A program made the translations under genes and the position numbers. This document shows positions 20,258 to 29,942 of a DNA stretch of 64,000 nt, in pieces; the stretch's first letter is position 1; each line of letters begins with the position of its first letter. The stretch is from NCBI GenBank assembly GCA_965216565.1, contig OZ244170.1, positions 3,584,001 through 3,648,000 of the forward strand, written 5' to 3'. This stretch comes from Bythopirellula sp. Its GTDB lineage: Bacteria > Planctomycetota > Planctomycetia > Pirellulales > Lacipirellulaceae. Under the pieces are notes generated by a model, which saw nothing but the letters and a program-made list of their open reading frames with translations, had not been told where the DNA came from and searched no databases.

Positions 20258-20656
20258 TTAGATACACCTCAATTGGAAACGGAAAATGGTTTTCTGCCCT
20301 GTAACGGGCGTTAGTTCATAACGAACTTGATAGACCTTGCCGGCGTCAGGAAATGCTTCGTTCGTAGAGACATAGATTTCGTGCCGGAAGTTGTACCCAT
20401 CGCTATCTACCGTCCAGGTGTCGTCGGTTTGCAAGCTGTCGAACACCACGTCACTAACCGTCAACGAGACCGCATCGTGACCCGTGACGGCACTCAAGCC
20501 AGAGGGGTCGTTGGTCGTTAGTTCGTAGATGCTGTATTCGATTGACGAAACAGATGCCTGGTTCAAATACTGCCCCGACGCGTTGACGACCCGAGCCATG
20601 AGAACGGCAGAACCATTTCGAAACACTTTTGATTTGAAATCAGCCGCTATCGGCAT
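20258..20656 (-). CDS. Hypothetical beta-rich virion-associated protein
   Basis: 132-aa ORF tightly coupled within the head operon. Confidence 0.55.
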   Translation of the reverse strand: MPIAADFKSKVFRNGSAVLMARVVNASGQYLNQASVSSIEYSIYELTTNDPSGLSAVTGHDAVSLTVSDVVFDSLQTDDTWTVDSDGYNFRHEIYVSTNEAFPDAGKVYQVRYELTPVTGQKTIFRFQLRCI

Positions 20657-20727
20657 TTACTCGCTCCTTCCAATTGAAGTGGTCAATCACAACAGGCCCC
20701 TGGCAAAGGCAACTCGCCGCTAACACG

Positions 20728-21492
20728 TCACGCCGCAAACGCTTCGGCCCCAACATTTTCGATTCCTGAGAGATTGACCTCCGCACGCTCGGCTCCATCT
20801 GTTTGCAAGCCCTCCTGCTCGACTGTGTAGGGCCCCGAGAAACGGCAAGGCTGAATGACGGCCTGGCCTCCACGCGGCATGAGCACCCGAGGGTGTTCGG
20901 TCGCGATTGTCCCTCCGGAACTCGTCGCAACTGGTCCCCAACCGGGATGGTTCAACCGGCGTACGCAGTTGTGGTAACAGAGTAAGTTGCTTAGATCGGA
21001 GATCATTAGCGGAGAAATCCCGGCTGCCAACGCCTGGATGTCACCGTCTTGCAGAGCGATATCCAATAACGCAACTTCCGCAGCATCGACTGCGGTGCTT
21101 GTGGCAAGGTTCCCCAAGCTGAAATCATTGACGCCATCAAAGAGTCTTTCGTGATTCACTTCGGTTTGGTTCCCACCGTCCAAATAGACACGCCTGGCAG
21201 TCGCCGATTCAAAGACTCCCGTCACTTGATGCCATTGATTCGCAGACATCGGCGCAGTCGACCGTGCCGCACTGGTACTGGAAACTCTAGATATCGCAAC
21301 CACTTGATTCGCATTATGTCCCTCGTAGTTCAATCCGTGATACGATCCCGTCGTCGTGTTGCTGACACGCATCAAGGTCATCAACGTAGAACTGCTTGGA
21401 ACGCGGAACCAACCCGTCAAGGTAAACGGATAGTCCGTCACAGATAGCGAACCAAGGTCTACTAGATTGCTCGATCCTATTGCCAAAGCCAT
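20728..21492 (-). CDS. LamG/concanavalin-A-like domain protein
   Basis: PFTLTGWFR, NQWHQVTGVF, RRVYLDG, AEVAL.D.AL...I..LA motifs. Confidence 0.75.
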   Translation of the reverse strand: MALAIGSSNLVDLGSLSVTDYPFTLTGWFRVPSSSTLMTLMRVSNTTTGSYHGLNYEGHNANQVVAISRVSSTSAARSTAPMSANQWHQVTGVFESATARRVYLDGGNQTEVNHERLFDGVNDFSLGNLATSTAVDAAEVALLDIALQDGDIQALAAGISPLMISDLSNLLCYHNCVRRLNHPGWGPVATSSGGTIATEHPRVLMPRGGQAVIQPCRFSGPYTVEQEGLQTDGAERAEVNLSGIENVGAEAFAA

Positions 21493-21498
21493 CGTTGG

Positions 21499-21984
21499 TT
21501 ATGCCTCACGCAATTCTAAGGAAATGAGTTCCACGTCTCCCACCAACGTGTCAGCCACATCGGCCGCCTGGCGATTCACTAGCACCTGCAGAACATCGCC
21601 TGCGGCTAGCCCCGTGACCGCGATGGAATCGCTCACGGCAACAACGATGTCTCCGCTAGTTGCAGGGGCTGCGGTGGTTACTTGGCTGCTTCCACTCGCC
21701 GTTGGAGGAGAATCGAGGTTATCTCCAGCGGCAAAATGCACGAGTTCAACCTCGAATTTGCAGTTGCCCGTTACAGCCGAACTGGTTGTCCAAGTCAAAA
21801 GGGCTTCGATCTCACCGCCCGCAAAGTGGCTTGGGACAACCGCTTGAAATTGAGCTTGCTCTTCCGTGGAGTCATCAAAGTCCAGCACCACAAAGTCGCC
21901 TCGCATGTCGACCGTGGCAAAGTCGGCACTTGGCGGTCGATTGGACAATGCGTCGGCAGTCATCAAAGAATCACCGCTTGCCAT
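21499..21984 (-). CDS. Hypothetical jelly-roll virion/fibre-like protein
   Basis: LDFDDSTEE and AAGDVL.V.V.R.AADVADTL.GD..L motifs; AGGGAG RBS before ATG 21984. Confidence 0.55.
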   Translation of the reverse strand: MASGDSLMTADALSNRPPSADFATVDMRGDFVVLDFDDSTEEQAQFQAVVPSHFAGGEIEALLTWTTSSAVTGNCKFEVELVHFAAGDNLDSPPTASGSSQVTTAAPATSGDIVVAVSDSIAVTGLAAGDVLQVLVNRQAADVADTLVGDVELISLELREA

Positions 21985-22083
21985 TTGCTCTACACTCCCT
22001 TCGATTCGTTTGTTGGCATGGAGAAATATTTGTGAATGGCCAGCCACCAGTGCATTGCTGACTGGCCATTCACTCTGGAAGTG

Positions 22084-23244
22084 CTAGCCAGTGCACTTGA
22101 CGACATACCGAGGGTTGAGAACCGCTGGAGCCCCACGTTCGCTCGCCTTGAAGCGAAGCACGATATCATTATTGAAATCGGCTTCACTATTGATGGGTGC
22201 TTGCGTCACCGTAATTGGCCAATTCTCCATGTAGGCGAACGCCTTCGAGAAGTCGCCGATAAACCAGTACTTCTTCGCATCGGCGGCAGCAACGCCCGAG
22301 TTCACGAGCCGCCGGTAAGCAAGGCGACTTTGCTCCACTCGATAGTTGCCCAAGGGATTGGTAGCGGTCGTCGTGGTCGGCAGGCCCGATCCCACGTATG
22401 CAATCTCCGTGGCGTTGAACACGCGATGAGCGGCATGGCGATAGGCTGGCATCACCAACACGCTTGTCCCGCTAACGAGAACGGGTTCGCCGGTCGCTGG
22501 ATCGCTCATTTCGGCAAACAACTGCTCAGCAGCATCGACATTGGTCCAGTCTACTAACTCGTTCGACGCCAGCAGATTCGCCCAACTGCCAGCGGCAGAG
22601 AACGTATTGAAGTTTGCCCCGTTCTGGTTGAAAGAGTTGGTAATACCCATCACGGTATCGAGTAACCGCTTCTCTTTGTTGAGCCCCAACACCTCGCCTA
22701 CCTCAGCGGCACGCGACAAGATTAAGTTAGTCCTGTCGAAGAAAATCGCTTCTTTCGTCACCGGGACAATAAAACCATGCTTGGCAGTTGACGGCGTTTC
22801 GATGTAGTCTTCGCCGAATCCGAGATGAGGATAGGGCATTCCGTTCCCTACTTCGTCGATTCGATCCTCAATGCGATTGACTCCCGGGATCTTTTCTCCA
22901 TCGAATCGTGTCGGAATCGTTTGAACAAGTTTTGATGCAACGAAGGCTTCCTGGGAATAGGAGTCCAAGATTTTCGAATAGATCACCTGGCCTGCGATGT
23001 TTAGAAATGCGGTGACATCGATTCCGTCGGACGACTCCGTCAAGCTTACTGAACCGCTGCTCCGGGGATCGAGCATCCGCACCCAATGACGGCCTTCGGG
23101 GACGAGTGCCTCCGCCAAATCGCGGATGCTAAAATCTTCTGGTTTCAGATGCCCTTCACTGAGCGATTCGGAAAGATGCCGAACCGTGTTTCCGGCTCCG
23201 TCCAGATCGTAACGCCTCTTAAGTTCTCGATAGTTCAAAGTCAC
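22084..23244 (-). CDS. Major capsid protein (HK97-fold, Mu gpT-like)
   Basis: Position after protease and decoration genes; EVGNGMPYP, KHG.IV.VTKEAIFFDRT, LVMPA and WFIGDF motifs; AGGAG RBS before GTG 23244. Confidence 0.82.
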   Translation of the reverse strand: MTLNYRELKRRYDLDGAGNTVRHLSESLSEGHLKPEDFSIRDLAEALVPEGRHWVRMLDPRSSGSVSLTESSDGIDVTAFLNIAGQVIYSKILDSYSQEAFVASKLVQTIPTRFDGEKIPGVNRIEDRIDEVGNGMPYPHLGFGEDYIETPSTAKHGFIVPVTKEAIFFDRTNLILSRAAEVGEVLGLNKEKRLLDTVMGITNSFNQNGANFNTFSAAGSWANLLASNELVDWTNVDAAEQLFAEMSDPATGEPVLVSGTSVLVMPAYRHAAHRVFNATEIAYVGSGLPTTTTATNPLGNYRVEQSRLAYRRLVNSGVAAADAKKYWFIGDFSKAFAYMENWPITVTQAPINSEADFNNDIVLRFKASERGAPAVLNPRYVVKCTG

Positions 23245-23306
23245 AGATTCTTCTCCTGTTTTGCGGGTAGTCTGATTCTGGCTCTCTGCCTCATCACTCT
23301 TCGAAA

Positions 23307-23780
23307 TTAGGCGGCCGCCTGCGGACCTCCGCGGACCACTGTGCTGACGACATCGACAAACACACTCGTGCTGGCAGTTGGAACCCGCTTCACGCACCGT
23401 CCAATGGCGAGGTTCGCAGAAGCGACCCCTTCTACAATCTGGTCTTCCAGCTCCGTTCCCAAAGCTTCTTCGGCACCGCCGATGAAGTCGCCAATCTCAA
23501 ATGTTGACGAGCTGCACTCGAACTCAAACACGCCACTCGTGGCGACTCGAATGGAACCCGATGATTCCGCTGGTGAGGCCTGCATCGCGACGCCAAGAAA
23601 CTGGTCGTGCAATAATTCTTGATTTGCTGCCGGTGTTCCCTGGTCAGTCAGACCCGAGGCCGGCTTTGCCGTCCCACTATCGAGTACGACCAGATCGCCA
23701 ATTTCGATTCCCGCTGAACTCGAAACCGGCATGAGGATCGGATTCGTCTCTCCGTAACGCCAACGCATAGAACTTGCCAT
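23307..23780 (-). CDS. Head decoration/capsid cement protein
   Basis: IEIGDLV, FLGVAMQAS and IRVATSGVFEF motifs; between protease and capsid genes. Confidence 0.65.
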   Translation of the reverse strand: MASSMRWRYGETNPILMPVSSSAGIEIGDLVVLDSGTAKPASGLTDQGTPAANQELLHDQFLGVAMQASPAESSGSIRVATSGVFEFECSSSTFEIGDFIGGAEEALGTELEDQIVEGVASANLAIGRCVKRVPTASTSVFVDVVSTVVRGGPQAAA

Positions 23781-23829
23781 GAATTTCTTCTCCTGAATTT
23801 AGGGTGTGCAAATAGACAATCGGCTTTGT

Positions 23830-24792
23830 TTAGTTGAGGGAGCCAACACGCTGAATAGCCTTGGCAAACGCTGAAGCACCTTCCGGCTCATTGGAAGGCT
23901 GAGATTGCAGAGCAATTTGATCGACGGAGCGAGGAATCCTGGGCGAGTTTAGTTTCGAGGATGTACCAGCCGTCTCAAGAAGTTCAACCCGCTCCAACAC
24001 TAGCTGTTCGAGTTGCGAATCGTCTTCGATTGCGAGCAACATCTCATAGAAAGCCCGGCTTACCGTTTGAGGCCCCGCAGCACTCCTGTTGCCATTACCT
24101 TCCCGGTGCTTTGGTAAGCGAAGCCCATGCTCACAGAGCAACTCCAGCGTCTTCCTCTGTCGGGCGAGCCCCGCACATCGAACTTCCGACTCTTGCAACT
24201 TTTCACGCAGGCTCTCAGCACTTTGACGACTGTGCTCCTCGAGTAAATCTGGGCGACAATTCTGCAGATGCTCCAAAGTAAGCTCATTCCACTTGAGCCC
24301 TTCTTGATCGTACTCGTACAAACCCAGCGTCGCGGCAGGATCGGCGACCAAGTCGACACTTTGAACATGCGTAATCTCTTCCACCACAGTCGATTGCCCA
24401 TCTCGCGTGACACGTGCGAGTACGTTGTGAGAGACTCCCACATTCCGAGGATTGTGCTCAGCATCCCAAACCAGTTGCTCCGCCAAAGGATGTTTGGGAT
24501 TGAAATGCAAGTCTCCAAACAGCCCTTCGCTTTCGCGAAACTGAACCTCCCGAATCACGCCCAGCCGATCCTGGTAGTCGCGTGGCGATAAGGGCCCGCT
24601 CTTGGGATGATTCACGTTGACTTTTGCTCCTTCATAAAGCGATTGAGCCTTCCGCAGTGCATTTGGTTCATACACCCGGCCATTGCGCGAGGTGAGTCCG
24701 ATAAGCTTCACTCCCTTGAGCACGCCGCGTTTCGAGTCGACACGAAGCGTTGTTCCTTGCGAGTCGACAAATTCTTGTAGAGCTTCGGCCAT
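23830..24792 (-). CDS. Prohead protease/scaffold fusion
   Basis: GVKLIG..SRNGR.Y, VNVNHP, VGVSH and VQSVDLVADPA motifs; coiled-coil C-terminus. Confidence 0.75.
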   Translation of the reverse strand: MAEALQEFVDSQGTTLRVDSKRGVLKGVKLIGLTSRNGRVYEPNALRKAQSLYEGAKVNVNHPKSGPLSPRDYQDRLGVIREVQFRESEGLFGDLHFNPKHPLAEQLVWDAEHNPRNVGVSHNVLARVTRDGQSTVVEEITHVQSVDLVADPAATLGLYEYDQEGLKWNELTLEHLQNCRPDLLEEHSRQSAESLREKLQESEVRCAGLARQRKTLELLCEHGLRLPKHREGNGNRSAAGPQTVSRAFYEMLLAIEDDSQLEQLVLERVELLETAGTSSKLNSPRIPRSVDQIALQSQPSNEPEGASAFAKAIQRVGSLN

Positions 24793-24824
24793 TGTCTGTC
24801 AGTCCTCATTCATCCTTAGTGAAT

Positions 24825-24870
24825 AAAAAAAGCCTCGGACAAAAACCTCAAGGGTTCTCGTCCGAGGCTC
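24825..24870 (-). terminator. Intrinsic terminator/attenuator upstream of the protease-capsid genes
   Basis: AGCCTCGGACGAGAACC-CTTGA-GGTTTTTGTCCGAGGCT followed by a T run. Confidence 0.85.
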
Positions 24871-24943
24871 GATGGGATACGCCTGCCGCTCAATCAGCAC
24901 ACGCTCTTTTCGATACCTGTTTGCCTGGGGTCGCTTACGCCGC

Positions 24944-25123
24944 TTACTTCACCATCCGATCTACGTTGACCCGTGTGTACTGAATGTGTCCGTCTTGTAC
25001 GTTCACCGTCACACTTGCGGTACCAAAGAAGCCACGACCACTGACGCTTTCGATGAGCCTGTCAAATTCCTGACGGGCTTGGGTGCTTCGATCAGTCGAA
25101 TTCAAAGAGTTTTGTTTGCTCAT
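24944..25123 (-). CDS. Small YezD/DUF2292-like protein
   Basis: 59 aa, helix followed by GFFGTASVTVNVQDGHIQ..RV. Confidence 0.55.
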   Translation of the reverse strand: MSKQNSLNSTDRSTQARQEFDRLIESVSGRGFFGTASVTVNVQDGHIQYTRVNVDRMVK

Positions 25124-25168
25124 GATGGGTCTCACTTTAGCAAAATGCGAAGGTCATTTCAGCAACTA

Positions 25169-26572
25169 TTATTGGCCACTTTGGTTGGCCGATTCGTCAC
25201 GATGCATGAGGATGTTCTTTTGCTCCTGGTCATAGTCGAGCCCCAACCGCAGGCTCCATGTTTGAGGTGAAATTAGTCCATTGTCGAACGCCACCTTTTC
25301 GACCTGGCAGTCTCTTACCTGGTCGCGCACCCGTAGCGACGGAGGTGTGATCTGAAGTTCGATCAATTTTCGGGTGTCGCGGTGTAGGCGTCCTTGGGCG
25401 ACCGCATTTTCGATTACATGCCACATCACGCGGCGATCGTCTTCAATGACACTGGCCTGAAGTCTTTCAAACATTTTTACCGCAGGACCCTCTGCTACGA
25501 GTGTCGAGGCATAGTTTGAATTCGAGGCGTCGGAAGTAAACATATACTCTGGCATCACCAGCCTGGCGGCCACGGCACGCAGCTCTGCCTGTAGCACGGT
25601 TACGAAATTACTGGCGTTGATCCCCGCAGCAGGAAAGTCGTACTCGGTGCCGTCAGGGGCATCGAGAATCGTGCCCGGTGAATACTGCGAAAGCTGACGT
25701 CGCCGGCCACTTGCCGGGTCAAGACCACTCGCTTCGCTATTACCGCTGACAAACTGTTCGACACCCGTGCGAGAAGCGCCTCGATGCTTGCGAATTAACG
25801 CAATTGCCGACTGAATTTCTGAAACAATGCTCATGTTTCGCAGCAGTTTTTCTATCCGACGCAGATTCTTGCTCACCGGGTAATACAGGGGCAAACCTCG
25901 TTTCACGTTTCGATCCACGTTTGCCTTTCGATGCTGAACCTCCGTGGCAGGCACCACCTCACCGTCAACAAAATAGGACAAGACCGATTCCACATCATTT
26001 GCCTCTGTATGAATCCCAAAACTAGCCTCCGGACTCTGTAGGAGTTCCCGCGGTGTGACTACTTGATCTGGCTCAACAAATCGAACACGAGTAATACCTG
26101 CGGAATCAACAAAGAATCGAAGAAACAGCTCTCCGTCGCGATCCATACGACGCATCATCTCCTGTTGCCTTGATTGCCATGAGTTCTCTTCCATAAACTC
26201 CTCGAGCAGTTTTTGCACATCCATTTCCAAATTGGTCGGAGCATTAGCACCTTTCCGAGCTGACGCCCGATAATGATGACCGACCCCGACGACATAGCTC
26301 GTCCGGTTTTCAATGCCGTTAATTGCAAACTCATTGGTTGCTACCAAGCGTCGACTCTGTTGGCGGATCTCTGCCAGTTGCTCAGTATTCCCATATGGCA
26401 CGCTGCGGGCTGGGACGCTGCCCTGTTCGCTGGACACAACGTTCCACCAAACGCCATCGTCGTGCACATAGGCTTCAGAGGGATCGACCAGTTGACTCCA
26501 CAACGCATCGCAAGCTTCGGTCAGGCGTTGTTCTAATTGCGCTTGGCTATTGCCGTTTGCCATCGTTGTCAT
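25169..26572 (-). CDS. Phage portal protein
   Basis: RDGELFLRFF, VRFVEPDQV, RGLPL and DASNSNYAS motifs; follows the terminase gene. Confidence 0.88.
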   Translation of the reverse strand: MTTMANGNSQAQLEQRLTEACDALWSQLVDPSEAYVHDDGVWWNVVSSEQGSVPARSVPYGNTEQLAEIRQQSRRLVATNEFAINGIENRTSYVVGVGHHYRASARKGANAPTNLEMDVQKLLEEFMEENSWQSRQQEMMRRMDRDGELFLRFFVDSAGITRVRFVEPDQVVTPRELLQSPEASFGIHTEANDVESVLSYFVDGEVVPATEVQHRKANVDRNVKRGLPLYYPVSKNLRRIEKLLRNMSIVSEIQSAIALIRKHRGASRTGVEQFVSGNSEASGLDPASGRRRQLSQYSPGTILDAPDGTEYDFPAAGINASNFVTVLQAELRAVAARLVMPEYMFTSDASNSNYASTLVAEGPAVKMFERLQASVIEDDRRVMWHVIENAVAQGRLHRDTRKLIELQITPPSLRVRDQVRDCQVEKVAFDNGLISPQTWSLRLGLDYDQEQKNILMHRDESANQSGQ

Positions 26573-26652
26573 CGTTCTTGCTCCCGATTTGTTTAACGTG
26601 TTGAAATGGATTCATGGATACTAGTTGACTGTTGTGTCATCCTCGATACGAA

Positions 26653-28269
26653 CTATCCGACTGCCAATCGGTCGCCCAGACCATCGTCGGGAATGTTCTG
26701 GTTCACACTACCAATCAGCCGCACTGCCATCTCGAGGGCGTCCGGACCATCGTCGTGAGCGCCCAGCGGAAAGTCGCGCAGTTGGTCTACAAGTAGCGTG
26801 GTTGAGACGGAGCCTTGCACAAAACGCAAACGCCGCTGCGAAAGCAATGCCTCCAATCGGCGTATTCGAGATTGCTTATTCAGAGTATTGTGAATCGAAC
26901 AGACTTGTAGCGAGCGGAGCCCGCGTGTGTTGCACTCCCGACGAAACTCGTCGGCTAGCAGTTCTTGAAACTGATTGGCTTCTACGCCAAAGGTATTAAC
27001 CCGATGCCGCTCGCAGAGCGTCAACCCATCGGCGACCATCTGCGAGATATGCCGTTTCGCCAAATCGGCTTCGACGTACATGACTCCGCGATCGTCCATG
27101 CCTAGGACAACAAAAGCAGAGTAGTCGCCCTGTCGAGACTGCACGCCTTTGCTGGGATCCAAAGCAATTACTTTCCGCGGCAACTGTTCCGGCCACGCTT
27201 GGAACCACACGTGCTCGCCAAAGTACTCATCCGGCCATTCGCAACGTTCGGGATCGATCGGTGAACTTTGCTTTTCTCTCTCAAATGCACTGCGGCCTTC
27301 TTCCACACACATTTTCATCAGCGTGTATAGATCCTCTTCCTCAGGCCATAAGAGTTCCGCACCTTCATCCATTGCCTTTCTGTTCTTGACATAGAAAAAC
27401 CAAGCATCGCGGCGGGCAGAGTGGTTGCTGAGATCGCAATATATCGTTTCCCATCGCTTCCACAGTGCGTCGTTCGTGGGCCATTTGAGAATTGCCTTGA
27501 ACTTCTTCGAACGCCACCCTGGATTGCGATCGAACTGCATCGCCAGCGCATCGCGGTGGAGGGCTGTTGCTAGGTTGAGAACGTTCGTGTGCTTGGTCCC
27601 CGCCTTGAGTAGGGTTCCATGAAACCAGCGCGTCGAGCTTTCTCGGAGCGTGGCCGATGCCATGTGGTCATCGTTTTGCAAATCATCGCAGACGATCAGC
27701 GAGGGGCGAGACTCTCTGATTCGTCTGCCTCGCAATCGCTGCCCAGTTCCAAAACCTTCGATCACAACTCCATTTGGAAGAATCATAGAACCACGTCGCC
27801 AGCGGGCCCCGCGTCCTGTTGCCTGCGGAAAGTCGCGCGCCAGGAGCGGATTGCCCTCTAGCTCGGCTTTGATGTTCTCCAGATGAGTTTGTGCCTGGTC
27901 CTTGGTATCGGAGACTAGCCAGATGTAAGGCTCCCACGCATCTAGTGCCGCCCGGAGGATGTAGCACAGACTTCCAATGGTCGACTTGGCCCCGCCTCGC
28001 GGGCCGATGACATTGATTTTCGTGCCGCGCTGGTTGTGCATATCGTCCAGCTGCTGTCCTAGCCAGCAGTGCATAACCGAAGGCTGCCGGTGGAAGTGCC
28101 GCGGCAAGTAGCGACGGCCCCACGATAGTGTGTCGAGCTGACTACTACGTTGCTTGCACCGGATACGTCGGCCAATGCCCTGGAACAACGCACGCGACAA
28201 TCGGCTGACGTGGCTATCTACCTGGCACGAGTCGGAGTTGGGGTCGATTCGCCGCCTGTGGTCACTCAT
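26653..28269 (-). CDS. Terminase large subunit
   Basis: Walker A GPRGGAKST, Walker B LIVCDDLQ, nuclease ALDPS..GDYSA, VEANQFQ and HDDGPDAL motifs; ATG overlaps the small-subunit stop. Confidence 0.92.
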   Translation of the reverse strand: MSDHRRRIDPNSDSCQVDSHVSRLSRALFQGIGRRIRCKQRSSQLDTLSWGRRYLPRHFHRQPSVMHCWLGQQLDDMHNQRGTKINVIGPRGGAKSTIGSLCYILRAALDAWEPYIWLVSDTKDQAQTHLENIKAELEGNPLLARDFPQATGRGARWRRGSMILPNGVVIEGFGTGQRLRGRRIRESRPSLIVCDDLQNDDHMASATLRESSTRWFHGTLLKAGTKHTNVLNLATALHRDALAMQFDRNPGWRSKKFKAILKWPTNDALWKRWETIYCDLSNHSARRDAWFFYVKNRKAMDEGAELLWPEEEDLYTLMKMCVEEGRSAFEREKQSSPIDPERCEWPDEYFGEHVWFQAWPEQLPRKVIALDPSKGVQSRQGDYSAFVVLGMDDRGVMYVEADLAKRHISQMVADGLTLCERHRVNTFGVEANQFQELLADEFRRECNTRGLRSLQVCSIHNTLNKQSRIRRLEALLSQRRLRFVQGSVSTTLLVDQLRDFPLGAHDDGPDALEMAVRLIGSVNQNIPDDGLGDRLAVG

Positions 28270-28732
28270 CTTGCGGTTCCTCATGAGTCTCGTCGGGTTC
28301 TGCTTCCGCCATCTGGGCCATTTCAGCAAGTTTCATTAGTACGCGATCACGATCTTCCTCGCAGTTGACGCTAGTGAAAATCACTTCGATCAGCTCTTTC
28401 AAATATTCCTGCAGATCCTTGGTGGTCACAGGCTTGCTAGAATTCCGGTTTCGACGCCGTTTTGCTTTTTGCTCCAACCACCAGGTGGCTGCGCGCCAAT
28501 GCTTTTCATCCTCGGCCGCCTTGTGAACCGCCTTCATACGATGAAGTTCCGCCATCCCTTCGCTGCGTAATAACTCTTGGGCGAACTCTGAGTCGTCCTC
28601 CATCTGTTTTTGAAGTTGAACGATGGTCGCACGCATAGCCTGTGCGGCGGACGCCCGTTCGCAACCCATCTGCACCATGTGACAGATCGCGTGTTTTTGT
28701 TCTGTGGAAAGAGGGGGCGTTGATTCGGGCAT
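28262..28732 (-). CDS. Putative terminase small subunit
   Basis: N-terminal HTH-like segment and WRAATWWLE motif; directly upstream of TerL. Confidence 0.65.
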   Translation of the reverse strand: MPESTPPLSTEQKHAICHMVQMGCERASAAQAMRATIVQLQKQMEDDSEFAQELLRSEGMAELHRMKAVHKAAEDEKHWRAATWWLEQKAKRRRNRNSSKPVTTKDLQEYLKELIEVIFTSVNCEEDRDRVLMKLAEMAQMAEAEPDETHEEPQDE

Positions 28733-28790
28733 ACACGAGGCGATTGGGGCGAGTCAATCCGTTAAGGCTTGTTCATTTGATTCGTTGCGG

Positions 28791-29942
28791 CTAGTCCCCG
28801 ACATATTCAAACGACACCACAGCCCGGCCGGCGGAACTTCGATAGTTGGCAAACCGTTGCGCATTGGACCGGCCCGAGCCAGTTTTCTTTACGCTAACCG
28901 CTTTCCATTGTGTAGAACGTTTGCAATGGCGAATGAGCGATGGGTGACTGCTGGTGACGTTGATCCGCAATCCCTCTGCGCGATGCAGCGACGCCACGGC
29001 AGCCACCACCCGCATGCCGATGCCCATGCCTTGAAAATCTGGCAGCGTCACTATTCGCGTGAATCGCCTGTGACCTTTCTTCGCAATCACAGGAAGCGTG
29101 GCACAAAACGCCACTGGCTCGCCCTCCCAGGTGGCCAGGTAGCTGCGCGCTCCGATGGCAAGAGAACCGCTCAGATAGTGATGCTTCGCAAACAGTTTCC
29201 AAGCAGCCAATTTCGAGCGGTGGATTTCCAATTGAATTGGGGGTCGCCGAAGACGCCTCCGGTGCAGTTGACGCGTGGCCATATCCAAGACCCAATCCGC
29301 CTCCAGCCACTCCGCCACGTCGTAGTGGCAGGTGACCGCTACGAAGCGGCGCGGGATATTCCTCTTGCGAACTGCCTTGGAGATGGCCGTCGAGCAGGCC
29401 TTGGCCACATTGCGATCAACCACACTCGTGAACTCATCGAAAACGACTAGGGGTCTAGAGTCTAGAGACGAGAGCCCAGAGCCACTCTGTCCGCGAGTCT
29501 CTTCTGGCTCTCGACTCTCGTCTCTAGACTCTCGACTACCCAATAACGCCTTGGCCAGATTGCAACGAAACTGTTCGCCACAACTTAGCACCTGGTAAGG
29601 TTTGATCCAGGAAGGCGGCGAACTGAATCCCACTGCAGTGAACAACTCGACAACTTGCTTCACTGGCAAATCCTCGAAGCAGTCGAGCACGGATCGTTCT
29701 GCTGGCCAGCTCTCGGTGCTATAGAGTTCTTCTCCGTACAGCTCATTGGCAATGGTACTTTTTCCGCTTCCCGAGGGGCCCACGATCAGACCGATGTCCC
29801 ACGATTCCTGACGACTGGGTGTCTCCACCGAGAACTTCTCGGAAACCCTCTCCTCTAGCGGCACATCGAACATGCCTGCCACCTGCTGCACTCGAAACGA
29901 ATCATAGATCGGGCAACTCACTACAACGTCAACACTCGACAT
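28791..29942 (-). CDS. ABC-type ATPase fused to a GNAT acetyltransferase (Mom-like)
   Basis: GPSGSGKST, LSCGEQFR, FDEFTSVVDR, CHYD, FAKHHYL and RIVTLPDFQGMGIG motifs. Confidence 0.85.
   Translation of the reverse strand: MSSVDVVVSCPIYDSFRVQQVAGMFDVPLEERVSEKFSVETPSRQESWDIGLIVGPSGSGKSTIANELYGEELYSTESWPAERSVLDCFEDLPVKQVVELFTAVGFSSPPSWIKPYQVLSCGEQFRCNLAKALLGSRESRDESREPEETRGQSGSGLSSLDSRPLVVFDEFTSVVDRNVAKACSTAISKAVRKRNIPRRFVAVTCHYDVAEWLEADWVLDMATRQLHRRRLRRPPIQLEIHRSKLAAWKLFAKHHYLSGSLAIGARSYLATWEGEPVAFCATLPVIAKKGHRRFTRIVTLPDFQGMGIGMRVVAAVASLHRAEGLRINVTSSHPSLIRHCKRSTQWKAVSVKKTGSGRSNAQRFANYRSSAGRAVVSFEYVGD
29451..29541. repeat. Palindromic heptamer-repeat element inserted in frame in the ABC-GNAT gene
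   Basis: TAGAGTC-TAGAGAC-GAGAGCC-CAGAGCC ... CTGGCTC-TCGACTC-TCGTCTC-TAGACTC-TCGACTA. Confidence 0.75.

Noticed and set aside
22084..23244. Encapsulin nanocompartment
   Set aside because: Portal, terminase and prohead protease indicate DNA packaging rather than protein cargo
23245..23397. N-terminal extension of the capsid ORF
   Set aside because: Overlaps the decoration gene; a good RBS precedes GTG 23244
28704..29450. 248-aa plus-strand ORF inside the cluster
   Set aside because: Antisense to the well-supported ABC-GNAT gene
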